A stretch of DNA of 64,000 bases from Tagaea sp. Its GTDB lineage: Bacteria; Pseudomonadota; Alphaproteobacteria; CACIAM-22H2. Below are positions 40,136-51,939 of this stretch, piece after piece. Each line of letters starts with the position of its first letter. The first letter of the stretch is position 1. Both the position numbers and the translations under genes were made by a program. The notes under the pieces are model-generated. The model worked only from the letters and a program-made list of their open reading frames with translations, ran no database searches and was not told where the DNA came from. Location of the stretch: contig CBDIIB010000003.1 of the NCBI GenBank assembly GCA_965279525.1, positions 576,945-640,944 of the forward strand, read 5' to 3'.

Positions 40136-42412
40136 ATGAACGACTCCGCCAAATCCCCTCCGTCGACTTCATTCCCTTCGGCTTTTGCACGTGCACGCCG
40201 CTGGTCGTTGCGCGTGGGGCTGTCGCGCAAGCTCGCCTTCCTGCTGGCCGTCCTGTCCGTCCTGGCGGGCGGCGTCACCTATCTCGTCGTCACCGGTGCC
40301 GACGGCCCCAACCCGCGGACGGTGACCTGGCTCCTGCTCGTCAATTTCGTCCTGGTCCTGTCGCTCGGCGCCGTGGTCGCGCGCGAACTCGTGAAGCTGT
40401 GGATCGAGCGGCGTCGCGGCCTTGCCGGTGCACGCCTCCACGTGCAGCTCGTGGCGCTGTTTACGGTCATCGCGGCGGCACCCACGGCGATCATGGCGGT
40501 GGCGACCGTCCTGTTCTTCAATCTCGGCGTCCAGGCCTGGTTCTCCGATCCGGTGCGCCAGGCCGTGGGCCAGTCGCTTGCGGCCGCCGAGGCTTATCTC
40601 GACGAGCATCGCAACAACATCCGCGGCGACATCCTGGCGATGGCCGGCGACATCTCGCGCGAGGGCTCGCTGGTTCTCGCCGACGCCGACGGGATCCAGC
40701 AACTCGTCTCGAGCCAGACCGGCGTGCGCGCTCTCAACGAGTCCGTCGTGTTCGACGGGCGGGGACGGATCTATGCCCGCGTCGGGTTCACGCTGCAGCT
40801 CGTCGTGCCGTTCTGGGGCCTCGACCGGGCCCGCACGGGCGAGGTCGTCGTCTTCACGCCGGAGAACAGCGAGTCCGACGCGTCGCGCGACGACCGCGTG
40901 CGCGCGCTGACGCGCATCGAAGGCTTCGACGACACGTTCCTGCTGATCGGGCGGTTCGTCGAGCCGCGCGTCGTCCAGCATCTCGACCGCACACGCCTGG
41001 CCGTGCAGATCTACGAGGGATTGGAAGGCCGGCGCGAAGGCCTGCAGGTGACATTCGCGATGATATTCGTCGTCGTGGCGCTGCTCCTGCTGCTGGCCGC
41101 CATCTGGATCGGCATTGCGGTGGCGAACCGGCTTGCCCGCCCGGTCGGCGCGCTGATCGGTGCCGCCGAACGCATCCGGTCGGGCGACCTGTCGGCCCGT
41201 GTCGAGGAGGGCGGGCGTGACGACGAGCTTGGCACGCTGTCGCGCGCATTCAACCGGATGACCTCGCAGATCGAGGCACAGCGCGGCGAGCTTATCGACG
41301 CCAATGCCCAGATCGAAAATCGCCGGCGCTTCACGGAAGCCGTGCTTGCCAGCGTCACCGCCGGCGTGGTGGCGCTCGATTTCCGCGGCACCATCGACCT
41401 GCCGAACCGGTCCGCGTCGGTCCTGCTCGACATGGACCTTTCGGCAAGCACTGGGCAGGATTTCGCGGCACTCGTGCCCGAGATGGCGCAGCTGATCGAG
41501 GCCGCCCGGTCGAATCCCGAACGGCCGGCACAGGGGACCATCCAGCTCGTCCGCAACCAGCGCAAGCGCACGTTCGTCGTGCGTATCGCGACCACGCGGC
41601 TCGACGACGGTGCCAAGGGTCTCGTCGTCACGTTCGACGACGTGACCGACCTCGAATCCGCGCAGCGCACGGCGGCGTGGGCCGATGTCGCGAGGCGCAT
41701 CGCGCACGAGATCAAGAATCCGCTCACGCCCATCACGCTCTCGGCCGAACGGCTGAAACGCAAGTACCTGTCCGAGATCAAGAGTGACCCCGAGACGTTC
41801 CGCATGTGCACCGAGACGATCATGCGCCAGGTCGAGGACATCGGCCGCATGGTCGACGAGTTTTCTTCGTTCGCGCGCATGCCGGCCCCGCGCATGCGCC
41901 CCGAGAACGTCGCGGAACTCGTGCGGCGGACGGTTTTCCTCCAGTCCAATGGCCGGACCGGTGCCAAATTCGATACGGCACTGCCCGAGGTACCGGTCAT
42001 GCTCCGCCTCGATGCGGGCCAGATCGGCCAGGCGTTGACGAACCTGCTGCAGAACGCGCTCGACGCCATCGAAGGCCGCGAAGGAACGGAGCTTCCTCCA
42101 CCACATGTAGCGGTCGAGCTGTCGCAGGACGCGCAAGGGCGCACGCTCGTCAGCGTCGCCGACAACGGGCGTGGACTTCCCAAGGTCGATCGCGATCGTT
42201 TGACGGAGCCATATATGACGACGCGCGCAAAGGGGACAGGCCTGGGGCTCGCGATCGTGAAGAAGATCATGGAAGATCACGGCGGCACCGTGCTGCTTGC
42301 CGACCGGCCGGGCGGCGGTGCCGTCGTGACGCTGGTATTCCCCTCCGACGCACGGGCGGATAGTATCGGCGCCGACGATTCCACGAAACGCGCGGCAACG
42401 CCGGTTCTGTAA
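40136..42412 (+). CDS. ntrY: Sensor kinase NtrY
   Basis: TM helices, HAMP, PAS, AWADVARRIAHEIKNPLTPI; start uncertain. Confidence 0.93.
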   Translation: MNDSAKSPPSTSFPSAFARARRWSLRVGLSRKLAFLLAVLSVLAGGVTYLVVTGADGPNPRTVTWLLLVNFVLVLSLGAVVARELVKLWIERRRGLAGARLHVQLVALFTVIAAAPTAIMAVATVLFFNLGVQAWFSDPVRQAVGQSLAAAEAYLDEHRNNIRGDILAMAGDISREGSLVLADADGIQQLVSSQTGVRALNESVVFDGRGRIYARVGFTLQLVVPFWGLDRARTGEVVVFTPENSESDASRDDRVRALTRIEGFDDTFLLIGRFVEPRVVQHLDRTRLAVQIYEGLEGRREGLQVTFAMIFVVVALLLLLAAIWIGIAVANRLARPVGALIGAAERIRSGDLSARVEEGGRDDELGTLSRAFNRMTSQIEAQRGELIDANAQIENRRRFTEAVLASVTAGVVALDFRGTIDLPNRSASVLLDMDLSASTGQDFAALVPEMAQLIEAARSNPERPAQGTIQLVRNQRKRTFVVRIATTRLDDGAKGLVVTFDDVTDLESAQRTAAWADVARRIAHEIKNPLTPITLSAERLKRKYLSEIKSDPETFRMCTETIMRQVEDIGRMVDEFSSFARMPAPRMRPENVAELVRRTVFLQSNGRTGAKFDTALPEVPVMLRLDAGQIGQALTNLLQNALDAIEGREGTELPPPHVAVELSQDAQGRTLVSVADNGRGLPKVDRDRLTEPYMTTRAKGTGLGLAIVKKIMEDHGGTVLLADRPGGGAVVTLVFPSDARADSIGADDSTKRAATPVL

Positions 42413-42447
42413 TTCCAACAGCCGAGAACGGAACGATCCGGGCAATC

Positions 42448-43869
42448 ATGGCGCACGACATTCTCATCGTCGACGACGAGGCCGACATCCGGATGCTGAT
42501 CGGCGGCATCCTCGAGGACGACGGCCACCAGACCCGCGGTGCAGGCGATTCCACGGCGGCACTCGAAGCCATCCGCGCGCGTCGGCCCAGCCTCGTCGTG
42601 CTCGACGTATGGCTTCAGGGCAGCGCGCTCGACGGGCTGGAAGTGCTCGACATCATCCGCCGCGAGCATCCGGACCTGCCGGTCGTCATCATCAGCGGTC
42701 ACGGCAACATCGAGATGGCGGTCGGTGCCATCCGCCGCGGCGCGTACGATTTCATCGAGAAGCCGTTCAAGGCCGATCGCCTCCTGCTCATCGTCCAGCG
42801 CGCACTCGAGTCCGCGCGCCTGCGACGGGAGAACGAGGAACTGACCCTACGCGCCGGCGGCCCGCCCGAAATCGTCGGCGCTTCGGCCTCCATGAACCAG
42901 ATCCGCCAGCAGCTCGAACGCGTGGCGCCGACCGGCAGCCGCGTCCTGCTGCAGGGACCGGCGGGTTCGGGCAAGGAAGCGGGGGCAAGGCTCATCCACG
43001 CGCTGTCGCGCCGGGCGACCGGTCCGTTCGTCGTTCTCAACTGCGCAAGCCTGCGGCCCAACGCGATGGAGATCGAGATGTTCGGCATCGAGCCGGGATC
43101 TCCGATCGACGATCCCGATGCGCCCCTGCCGAAGATCGGCGTGTTCGAGAAGGCGCACAACGGCACGCTCTATCTCGACGAAGTCGGCGACATGCCGCTC
43201 GAGACGCAAGGCAAGATCGTGCGCGTCCTGCAGGAGCAGAGCTTCGAGCGCGTCGGCGGGCGCGTGCGCGTCCAGGTCGATGTGCGCGTCATCGCGTCTT
43301 CCAGCCGCGACCTGATGCGCGAGATGCAGGAAGGCCGTTTCCGCGAGGATCTTTTCTACCGGCTGAACGTCGTTCCGATCCGCATGCCGCCGCTCAAGGA
43401 GCGGCGCGAGGACGTGCCTTCGCTGATCGCCCATTTCATGCAGCGCGCCGGCCAGGCCACCGGCATGCCGGTGCGCATGCTTGCCGACGACGCGCTCGCC
43501 ACGATGCAGACGCACGACTGGCCTGGCAACGTCCGCCAGTTGCGCAACGTCGTCGAATGGCTGCTGATCATGACGCCGGGCGACCCCGGGCAGGCGATCC
43601 GGGCCGACAACCTGCCCCCCGATCTGGGTGCCGCCGTTCCGGCCGCCCTGCGTGGCGACGGCGGGACCGAAATCATGGGCCTGCCGCTGCGCGAGGCACG
43701 CGAACTGTTCGAGCGCCAGTACCTGATCGCACAGGTCACGCGCTTCGGCGGCAACATCTCGCGCACGGCCGCGTTCGTCGGCATGGAGCGCTCGGCCCTG
43801 CACCGCAAACTCAAGGCGCTCGGCGTGCATGGCGTCGACCGCGAACGCGGCCCCACGCTCGACGCCTGA
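42448..43869 (+). CDS. ntrX: Response regulator NtrX
   Basis: LDVWL receiver; AAA+ domain without GAFTGA; GMERSALHRKL. Confidence 0.94.
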   Translation: MAHDILIVDDEADIRMLIGGILEDDGHQTRGAGDSTAALEAIRARRPSLVVLDVWLQGSALDGLEVLDIIRREHPDLPVVIISGHGNIEMAVGAIRRGAYDFIEKPFKADRLLLIVQRALESARLRRENEELTLRAGGPPEIVGASASMNQIRQQLERVAPTGSRVLLQGPAGSGKEAGARLIHALSRRATGPFVVLNCASLRPNAMEIEMFGIEPGSPIDDPDAPLPKIGVFEKAHNGTLYLDEVGDMPLETQGKIVRVLQEQSFERVGGRVRVQVDVRVIASSSRDLMREMQEGRFREDLFYRLNVVPIRMPPLKERREDVPSLIAHFMQRAGQATGMPVRMLADDALATMQTHDWPGNVRQLRNVVEWLLIMTPGDPGQAIRADNLPPDLGAAVPAALRGDGGTEIMGLPLREARELFERQYLIAQVTRFGGNISRTAAFVGMERSALHRKLKALGVHGVDRERGPTLDA

Positions 43870-43889
43870 ACCGGCAGGAGTTCCCCACC

Positions 43890-44756
43890 TTGTCCCGCAT
43901 CGCATACGTGAACGGCCGCTATGTCCCGCACGGCCAGGCCCGCGTCCATATCGACGACCGCGGCTACCAGTTCGGCGACGGCATCTACGAAGTGTGCGCG
44001 GTGCGCGCCGGAACCATGATCGACGATGGTCCGCATCTGGACCGGCTGGAGCGTTCGCTGCGCGAGATGCGCATGGCGATGCCCATGTCGCGCGAGGCGC
44101 TGAAGGTCGTCATGCGCGAGACCATCCGGCGCAATCTCGTGAATGACGGCATCGTCTACCTTCAGCTGACACGCGGCGTGGCACCCCGCGACCATGCCTT
44201 TCCCAAGGCGCCGGAAACCCAGGTCGTCGTCACCGCGCGCAATGCCAAGCCGCATCCCGAATCGTACTCCGAAGACGGGGTCAAGGCGGTGGTGGTACCG
44301 GACATCCGCTGGGGGCGCTGCGACATCAAGACGATCTCGCTGCTGCCCAACTGCATTGCCAAGCAGGCGGCCAAGGAAAACGGCGCCTACGAGGCGATCC
44401 TCGTGGACGAGAAGGGCGTGGTGACCGAGGGAAGTTCCTCGAACGCGTGGATCGTCACGGGCGACGGCAAGCTCGTCACGCGTCCGGCGTCGAACGAGAT
44501 CCTGAACGGGATCACGCGCCTCGCGATCATCGAGCTGGCGCGCCAGGAGGGGATCGTGTTCGAGGAGCGCGCCTTCACGCTCGAAGAGATGCGCCGCGCG
44601 CGCGAGGCATTCGTCACGTCGGCCTCTTCCTTCGCCATGCCGGTCACGCAGCTCGATGACGCGCCCATCGCCAACGGCAAGCCGGGGACGATCGCGCTCA
44701 AGCTGCGTGCGGCCTATTTCCGGCATATGGCGGCGCAGGCCGGCACGGCCGCGTGA
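43890..44756 (+). CDS. dat: D-amino-acid transaminase (class IV PLP)
   Basis: DRGYQFGDGIYE, RCDIK, EGSSSN, LNGITR; TTG start after AGGAG. Confidence 0.9.
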   Translation: MSRIAYVNGRYVPHGQARVHIDDRGYQFGDGIYEVCAVRAGTMIDDGPHLDRLERSLREMRMAMPMSREALKVVMRETIRRNLVNDGIVYLQLTRGVAPRDHAFPKAPETQVVVTARNAKPHPESYSEDGVKAVVVPDIRWGRCDIKTISLLPNCIAKQAAKENGAYEAILVDEKGVVTEGSSSNAWIVTGDGKLVTRPASNEILNGITRLAIIELARQEGIVFEERAFTLEEMRRAREAFVTSASSFAMPVTQLDDAPIANGKPGTIALKLRAAYFRHMAAQAGTAA

Positions 44757-45418
44757 GCGCGGGCCGGCCGTTCGCGGTCCTTTTCGACTGGGACAACACG
44801 CTGGTCGACAACTGGGGCAGCGTGCGCGCCGCCCTCAACGCCGCACTCGTCGCCTTCGGCATGGAACCCTGGACGATCGAGGAGACGCGCGCGCGCGTGC
44901 GCCGGTCGCTGCGCGAGACGTTTCCCGAGATGTTCGGCGAGGCATGGCCGCGCGCGCGCGACATCTTCTATCGGACGTTCGAGGCCGAGCATCTGGCAAC
45001 GCTGCGTGCCCTCGACGGTGCCGAGGCCGCACTGGCCGAACTGTCGCGCGATGCGGTCGTTGGTGTCGTCTCGAACAAGCAGGGCACGCTCTTGCGCCGC
45101 GAGGCCGAGGCACTGGGCTGGTCGCGGCACTTTCACCGGCTGGTCGGTGCGACCGACGCCGTGCGGGACAAGCCGGATCCGGCGCCTGTCCAACTCGCCT
45201 TGAACGGTATAGAAATACCACAAAATGCCATGATCTGGTTTGTCGGGGACACGGCATTGGATATGCATGCAGCGCATGCATCCGGCTGTGTGCCGGTCCT
45301 TTTCGGAAAGGATGAGCTGGATCAGGCCGCTCTGATGCGGTATCCCCCTGCCATGCATGTACAAAATCATTTTGAGCTTCTGGACATGTGGCGGGGCCTG
45401 CAATCGAATCAAAAATGA
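44753..45418 (+). CDS. HAD-family phosphatase
   Basis: FDWDNTLVD, VSNK, KPDP, VGD...D. Confidence 0.88.
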   Translation: MSAGRPFAVLFDWDNTLVDNWGSVRAALNAALVAFGMEPWTIEETRARVRRSLRETFPEMFGEAWPRARDIFYRTFEAEHLATLRALDGAEAALAELSRDAVVGVVSNKQGTLLRREAEALGWSRHFHRLVGATDAVRDKPDPAPVQLALNGIEIPQNAMIWFVGDTALDMHAAHASGCVPVLFGKDELDQAALMRYPPAMHVQNHFELLDMWRGLQSNQK

Positions 45419-45544
45419 CCTAAGTATCCCCCATGGTGGCGGCCCGGCGCGTCGAGCGACGGGTTTTGGTCCACCGGCAACTGACACGGAACGGACCCTC
45501 CGCTGGTCCGGCCCGGAGTCCAATCAAGAAAGGATACGGACGCC

Positions 45545-45796
45545 ATGACGGCCGAAAAGTCGCAAAACGTCCAAGACGTTTTCCTGAACCACATCCGGAA
45601 GAACAAGACCTCGGTGACGATCTTCCTCGTCAACGGCGTCAAGCTCCAGGGCATCGTCACGTGGTTTGACAATTTCTCCGTACTGCTTCGCCGCGACGGG
45701 CATAGCCAGCTCGTCTACAAGCACGCGATCTCGACGGTCATGCCGACGGGTCCGATCGCGCTGTTCGATGGCGACAAGGAAGGGGCCGAAGCCTGA
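45545..45796 (+). CDS. hfq: RNA chaperone Hfq
   Basis: [26 protein letters not shown]. Confidence 0.98.
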   Translation: MTAEKSQNVQDVFLNHIRKNKTSVTIFLVNGVKLQGIVTWFDNFSVLLRRDGHSQLVYKHAISTVMPTGPIALFDGDKEGAEA

Positions 45797-47160
45797 GCCG
45801 CCGTTCGCCCACCGAGAAGCCCGACACGCCGAGCGACGCGACACTCGCTGAAGAAGCCGGCGACTTCGCCGAGCGCAAGACCGAGGGCCGCTGTCTGGTC
45901 GTGCATCCGGTCCGCAAGGGTGCCAAGCCCGACGCGTCCCGGTCGCCCGAAGCCAAGCTCGAGGAAGCCGCCGGCCTCGCCCGTGCGATCGATCTGACGA
46001 TCGCCGCGGCCGAGGTCGTGCGCGTGCAGAGCTGGCGACCCTCGACGCTGGTCGGCAAGGGCAGCGTCGAGCGTCTCAAGAAGCTCATCCAGGACGAGCG
46101 CATCGCGGTCGTCGTGATGGATGCCCTGCTCGGTCCCGTGCAGCAGCGCAATCTCGAGAAGGAATGGGCGGTCAAGGTGCTCGACCGCACGGGCCTGATC
46201 CTCGAGATCTTCGGCGCGCGTGCCCGCACGGCGGAAGGCCGCCTGCAGGTCGAGCTTGCCCAGCTCTCGTACCAGAAGAGCCGGCTCGTGCGGACCTGGA
46301 CCCATCTCGAGCGCCAGCGCGGCGGCTTCGGCTTCCTTGCCGGTCCCGGCGAAAGCCAGCTCGAAAGCGACCGCCGCATGATCGGCGACAAGATCATCCG
46401 GCTGAAGCACGACCTCGAAGAGGTCAAACGCACCCGTTCGCTGCATCGCCGTTCGCGCGAGCGCGTGCCCTATCCGGTCGTCGCCCTCGTCGGCTACACC
46501 AACGCCGGCAAGTCGACGCTGTTCAACCGCCTCGTCCATGCGCGCGTGCTGGCCGCCGACATGCTGTTCGCCACGCTCGACCCGACGATGCGCGCTTTGT
46601 CGCTGCCGTCGGGGCGCAAGATCATCCTCTCCGACACCGTGGGCTTCATCTCCGACCTGCCGCACGATCTCGTCGCAGCCTTCCGCGCCACGCTCGAAGA
46701 GGTGCTCGCCGCCGACCTCGTGCTGCATGTCCACGATGTCTCGCATCCCGACACCGAGGCGCAGGCCGGCGACGTGCGCGCCGTGCTGACCGAGCTTGGC
46801 CGCACCGCCGATGCCGACAACCCGTTCGTCGAGGTCTTGAACAAGATCGACCGCCTGCCGGCCGACGCGCAGGAAGCGCTGCTGGCGCGCGCGTCGCGCG
46901 ATGCCGATACGGTGGCGCTTTCGGCGATTTCGGGCGAAGGCTGCGACCGGCTGCTGGCCGAGATCGACCGGCGCCTCGCCGCCACGCGCCAGACGGTCGA
47001 GTACGACCTGCCGTTCGGCGACGGTGCCTCGATCGCCTGGCTGCACGCGCACGGCCATGTCATCGAGAGCCGCACCGAAGGCGACGTGCTGCACGTGATC
47101 GTCTCCCTCGACCCGGCCGATCGCGCGCGCTTCGACCATCGCCGGGCACGCGAACCGTGA
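45793..47160 (+). CDS. hflX: Ribosome-splitting GTPase HflX (CTG start inferred; first canonical start is GTG at 45901)
   Basis: [40 protein letters not shown]; frame open back to the CTG overlapping the hfq stop. Confidence 0.92.
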   Translation: MSRRSPTEKPDTPSDATLAEEAGDFAERKTEGRCLVVHPVRKGAKPDASRSPEAKLEEAAGLARAIDLTIAAAEVVRVQSWRPSTLVGKGSVERLKKLIQDERIAVVVMDALLGPVQQRNLEKEWAVKVLDRTGLILEIFGARARTAEGRLQVELAQLSYQKSRLVRTWTHLERQRGGFGFLAGPGESQLESDRRMIGDKIIRLKHDLEEVKRTRSLHRRSRERVPYPVVALVGYTNAGKSTLFNRLVHARVLAADMLFATLDPTMRALSLPSGRKIILSDTVGFISDLPHDLVAAFRATLEEVLAADLVLHVHDVSHPDTEAQAGDVRAVLTELGRTADADNPFVEVLNKIDRLPADAQEALLARASRDADTVALSAISGEGCDRLLAEIDRRLAATRQTVEYDLPFGDGASIAWLHAHGHVIESRTEGDVLHVIVSLDPADRARFDHRRAREP

Positions 47161-48107
47161 TCGAGCGCAAGCTGCCGCCCATCGAAGTCCTGCCGCGCGA
47201 CCTGTCGGCTTGGGAAGAGGGCAACACCGGAACGCCGTTCGTCCACCGCTTCGACAGCGGCGTCGACGGGCCCTGTGCGATGGTCGTCGGGCTCACGCAC
47301 GGCAACGAGTTCTGCGGCGCCGAGGCGCTGCACTGGGCGCTGTCGGAGGGCCTGCGGCCCGCGCGCGGCAGCCTGATCCTGGCGTTCTCGAATGTGGCCG
47401 CCTACCGGTCGTTCGACGTTGCACGCCCGCTCGACAGCCGCTTCCTCGACCGCGACATGAACCGGGTGTGGCGCGACGACTGGCTGGCGGAGGAGAAGTC
47501 GCGCGAGGCCGATCGTGCGCGCGAGCTGCTTCCCTACGTGATGCAGGCCGACTATCTGCTCGACATCCATTCGACGACCTTTGCCGTGCGCCCGTTCTTC
47601 GTCGGCGCGATGAACGCGCGCACGAAGGATCTTGCCGCGCGCGTGCGGTTCCCGCGCTCGCTGCTGCTGGCGGATGGCGGATTCGACGGCCGCACGCTGG
47701 TCGAGCATGGCGAGTTCGCCGATCCGGCCGGCAAGCGCACGGCGCTTGTCGTCGAGTGCGGCGCCCATTTCCTTGCGGCGAGCGTGACGGTCGCGAAGGC
47801 CACGCTGCTCGATTTCCTCGTCGTGACGGGATCGCTGGACGCCGGCTGGGCCAAGTCCCGGCGACCCAAGGTGCCGGCGGCCAAGCCCGGCACCTACGAG
47901 ATCACGGAAGTGTATGTCGCCAAGACCGACGAGCTTTCGTTCGCGGCCCCGTTCGTCGGCTTCGAGGAAGTCGGCGAGGGGGCATTGATCGCCCGCGACG
48001 GGCCGACCGAAATCCGTGCGCCTTATCCGCGCTGTACCATCCTGTTCCCGAAGGCCCAGCCGATGAAGGGGCGCGAGTTCGTCACGCTGGCCCGTCGGGT
48101 CGAGTGA
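47157..48107 (+). CDS. Succinylglutamate desuccinylase/aspartoacylase family (M14) protein
   Basis: HGNE, DMNRVW, LDIHS, VECG; GTGA overlap with hflX. Confidence 0.82.
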   Translation: MIERKLPPIEVLPRDLSAWEEGNTGTPFVHRFDSGVDGPCAMVVGLTHGNEFCGAEALHWALSEGLRPARGSLILAFSNVAAYRSFDVARPLDSRFLDRDMNRVWRDDWLAEEKSREADRARELLPYVMQADYLLDIHSTTFAVRPFFVGAMNARTKDLAARVRFPRSLLLADGGFDGRTLVEHGEFADPAGKRTALVVECGAHFLAASVTVAKATLLDFLVVTGSLDAGWAKSRRPKVPAAKPGTYEITEVYVAKTDELSFAAPFVGFEEVGEGALIARDGPTEIRAPYPRCTILFPKAQPMKGREFVTLARRVE

Positions 48108-48143
48108 CACCAAATATTTGTAAAATAATCATTTTTCTTTGAA

Positions 48144-48200
48144 TTGACTTGCCCGGGGCAGGGGACTAGAACCTTGGCACTCGCTCCGGGAGACTGCTAA
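48144..48200 (+). promoter_or_regulatory. groESL promoter with CIRCE (HrcA operator)
   Basis: TTGACT-N17-TAGAAC, then TTGGCACTC-N9-GACTGCTAA (48174-48200), two mismatches from consensus. Confidence 0.88.
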
Positions 48201-48248
48201 CAACCCTCCCGGCGCACTGACCCGTATGACTCCGCAGGAGACGTATCC

Positions 48249-48536
48249 ATGAAGTTCCGGCCGTTGAACGACCGAGTCCTGGTCGAAGCGCTCGACCAAG
48301 AAAGCAAGACCAAGGGCGGGATCATCATCCCCGACACCGCCAAGGAAAAGCCCCAGCAGGGCAAGGTGATCGCCGCCGGTCCCGGTGCTCGCACCGAAGA
48401 CGGCAAGCTTCAGCCCATGGGCGTGAAGGCCGGCGACAAGATCCTGTTCGGCAAGTGGTCGGGCACGGAAGTGAAGATCGACGGCAAGGATCTCCTCATC
48501 ATGAAGGAATCCGACATCCTCGGCGTGACCGACTGA
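48249..48536 (+). CDS. groES: Co-chaperonin GroES
   Basis: [28 protein letters not shown]. Confidence 0.98.
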   Translation: MKFRPLNDRVLVEALDQESKTKGGIIIPDTAKEKPQQGKVIAAGPGARTEDGKLQPMGVKAGDKILFGKWSGTEVKIDGKDLLIMKESDILGVTD

Positions 48537-48568
48537 AGACCGCATCCGGTCCAGTCGAACGCAATTGA

Positions 48569-50242
<1,674 letters not shown>

Positions 50243-50277
50243 TCGAAGTCCGGCCTACCAGGGTCGAAAGAACGGAG

Positions 50278-50314
50278 CGGGGCGGAAGGGAAACCTTCCG
50301 CCCCGTTTCCTTTT
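50278..50314 (+). terminator. Intrinsic terminator after groEL
   Basis: CGGGGCGGAAGG-GAAA-CCTTCCGCCCCG followed by TTTCCTTTT. Confidence 0.88.
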
Positions 50315-50325
50315 CGAGGGACCCG

Positions 50326-51939
50326 TCAGGCGATGACGCCGCGTTCCTTGCGGGCGATGTCGTCGAGCGGCGAGACCGGGAAGCGGTCGGTCGCCTGGAA
50401 ATAGATCTTGCCGGCCAGCCCGACGAGCGTGCAGCCGTCGAGGAACACGACTTCGAGCTCGTCGCGCATGTCGCGCGGGATCTCCTTGTGGGTGCGCAGC
50501 ATCAGTTCGAGCCGCGGCTTGCGCATCAGCCCGTCGATCTGCACTTCGCCCAGTTCGCTGAAATCCAGCTCGACGATGAAGCGCTTGCTCTCGCGCTCGC
50601 GCTTGCCGCCTTCGCCCTCGCGGCGCGAGAAGAGCCGCAGCTGCCGCAAGTCGCGCCCGTCGTAGAACGGCACGTAGGCGGCGCGCCAGTCGTTCGACGC
50701 GTTGGCCTGGCGCTGCATCTCGCGTAGGTCGGAATCGAGGCGCTGCAGCAGGTCGCCGTGGCCGGCCCGGTCGAGCGCGCCCGCGACATTCTCGCCCAGC
50801 AGGCTGCGCGCGTCGGTCCGGTCGGTCGCGAGATACGACAGGACCTGGACGGCAAGACGCGGACCGGGACGCGGCAGGCCCTCGTCCATGACGCGGCGAG
50901 CCAGGGCCGGATCGGCGGTCGCGAGTTCCTTCAGCGCTTCCTTGAGGTTTGGCCAGTCGCGCGCCAGCGGCACGCTGCTGCGGATCGCGGGCTCGGCGGC
51001 GGCATTGCGTACCGGAAGCGGCATCGTCACCTCGAGCGCCAGCCGTGCGCCCTCTGCCGGGCGCGGCACGCCGGCAGGCCAGGTCATGGCGAGCCGGCCC
51101 ACACTGCTGTCGACCAGCGTCTGGCCGCCGGGCGTGTGCGCGACGACGCGCGCGGTCAGCGTCTCGACATATTGCGAGCGGGCGGGGACGGGCGGGGCGG
51201 GCTGTGCGGCGACCTGCTGGGCGGTCGTCGGCGGGGCGTCGGGCACGACGCGCACCTGCACGCTGGTGCCGGTCTGCAGGACTTGCTGCGTGGCCGCCGG
51301 GGGTGCGGTCTGCGTCTGCGGGGCCGTCTGGGCCTGCGTGACAGCCCGGGTCTGGACGGTCGCCGGCGTGGCCGGGACCGCCGGTGCGGCGGGGGCGGCC
51401 GGTGTGGGCGGCGGCCCGACGACGGTCGCGGTTGTCTGGACGCTCGGCTGTGCGGCTTGTGCGGTGGCCGCGATGTTCGTCGCCGGTTGCTGGGCTGCCG
51501 TCGGTGCCGGCGGCGGCGGCGGCGCCGGAGTTGCCGGGGTCGCCGTCTGCGGGACGGGTGCGGCGGTCGCCGGTGCGCCCTGCGGCTGGACCTGAACGAT
51601 CACGGCCTGCGGGGCCTGCTGGGTGCCGCCGATCTGTAGCGTGACGCTCGCCCCCTGCGGCAGCGGCATCTGCGTCTTGATTCCGATCGTGCCGGCATCT
51701 GTCTTGATCAGCGTGGCGCCGCCCGCATCCTTGCCGACGACCTGGCCTTGGACCTGCGTCTGCGGGTTCTGCCCGCCATTGGCCAGCGCGTTGGCCAGCG
51801 TCATCGTCTGGAGTGCCGCGAACACCTGGTTGCGCAGCTGGGCGGGGATCTGGGTGACCTGCGCGATGGCCTGCGCAAAGTTCTGGATCGGCGGCGGGTT
51901 GGCCGCGCCGCCGCCGGGCGGTGTGATGGATCCGCTCAC
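50326..51939 (-). CDS. Flagellar-cluster hypothetical protein with P/A/T/Q-rich linker and FliK-like C-terminus
   Basis: GTGA overlap with flhG; low-complexity centre; RFIVELDFSELGEVQIDG resembles the FliK C-terminal strand pattern. Confidence 0.65.
   Translation of the reverse strand: MSGSITPPGGGAANPPPIQNFAQAIAQVTQIPAQLRNQVFAALQTMTLANALANGGQNPQTQVQGQVVGKDAGGATLIKTDAGTIGIKTQMPLPQGASVTLQIGGTQQAPQAVIVQVQPQGAPATAAPVPQTATPATPAPPPPPAPTAAQQPATNIAATAQAAQPSVQTTATVVGPPPTPAAPAAPAVPATPATVQTRAVTQAQTAPQTQTAPPAATQQVLQTGTSVQVRVVPDAPPTTAQQVAAQPAPPVPARSQYVETLTARVVAHTPGGQTLVDSSVGRLAMTWPAGVPRPAEGARLALEVTMPLPVRNAAAEPAIRSSVPLARDWPNLKEALKELATADPALARRVMDEGLPRPGPRLAVQVLSYLATDRTDARSLLGENVAGALDRAGHGDLLQRLDSDLREMQRQANASNDWRAAYVPFYDGRDLRQLRLFSRREGEGGKRERESKRFIVELDFSELGEVQIDGLMRKPRLELMLRTHKEIPRDMRDELEVVFLDGCTLVGLAGKIYFQATDRFPVSPLDDIARKERGVIA

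Noticed and set aside
42448-43869. NtrX lacks GAFTGA
   Set aside because: Established property of NtrX.
48174-48200. CIRCE with two mismatches
   Set aside because: Ordinary HrcA control of groESL.
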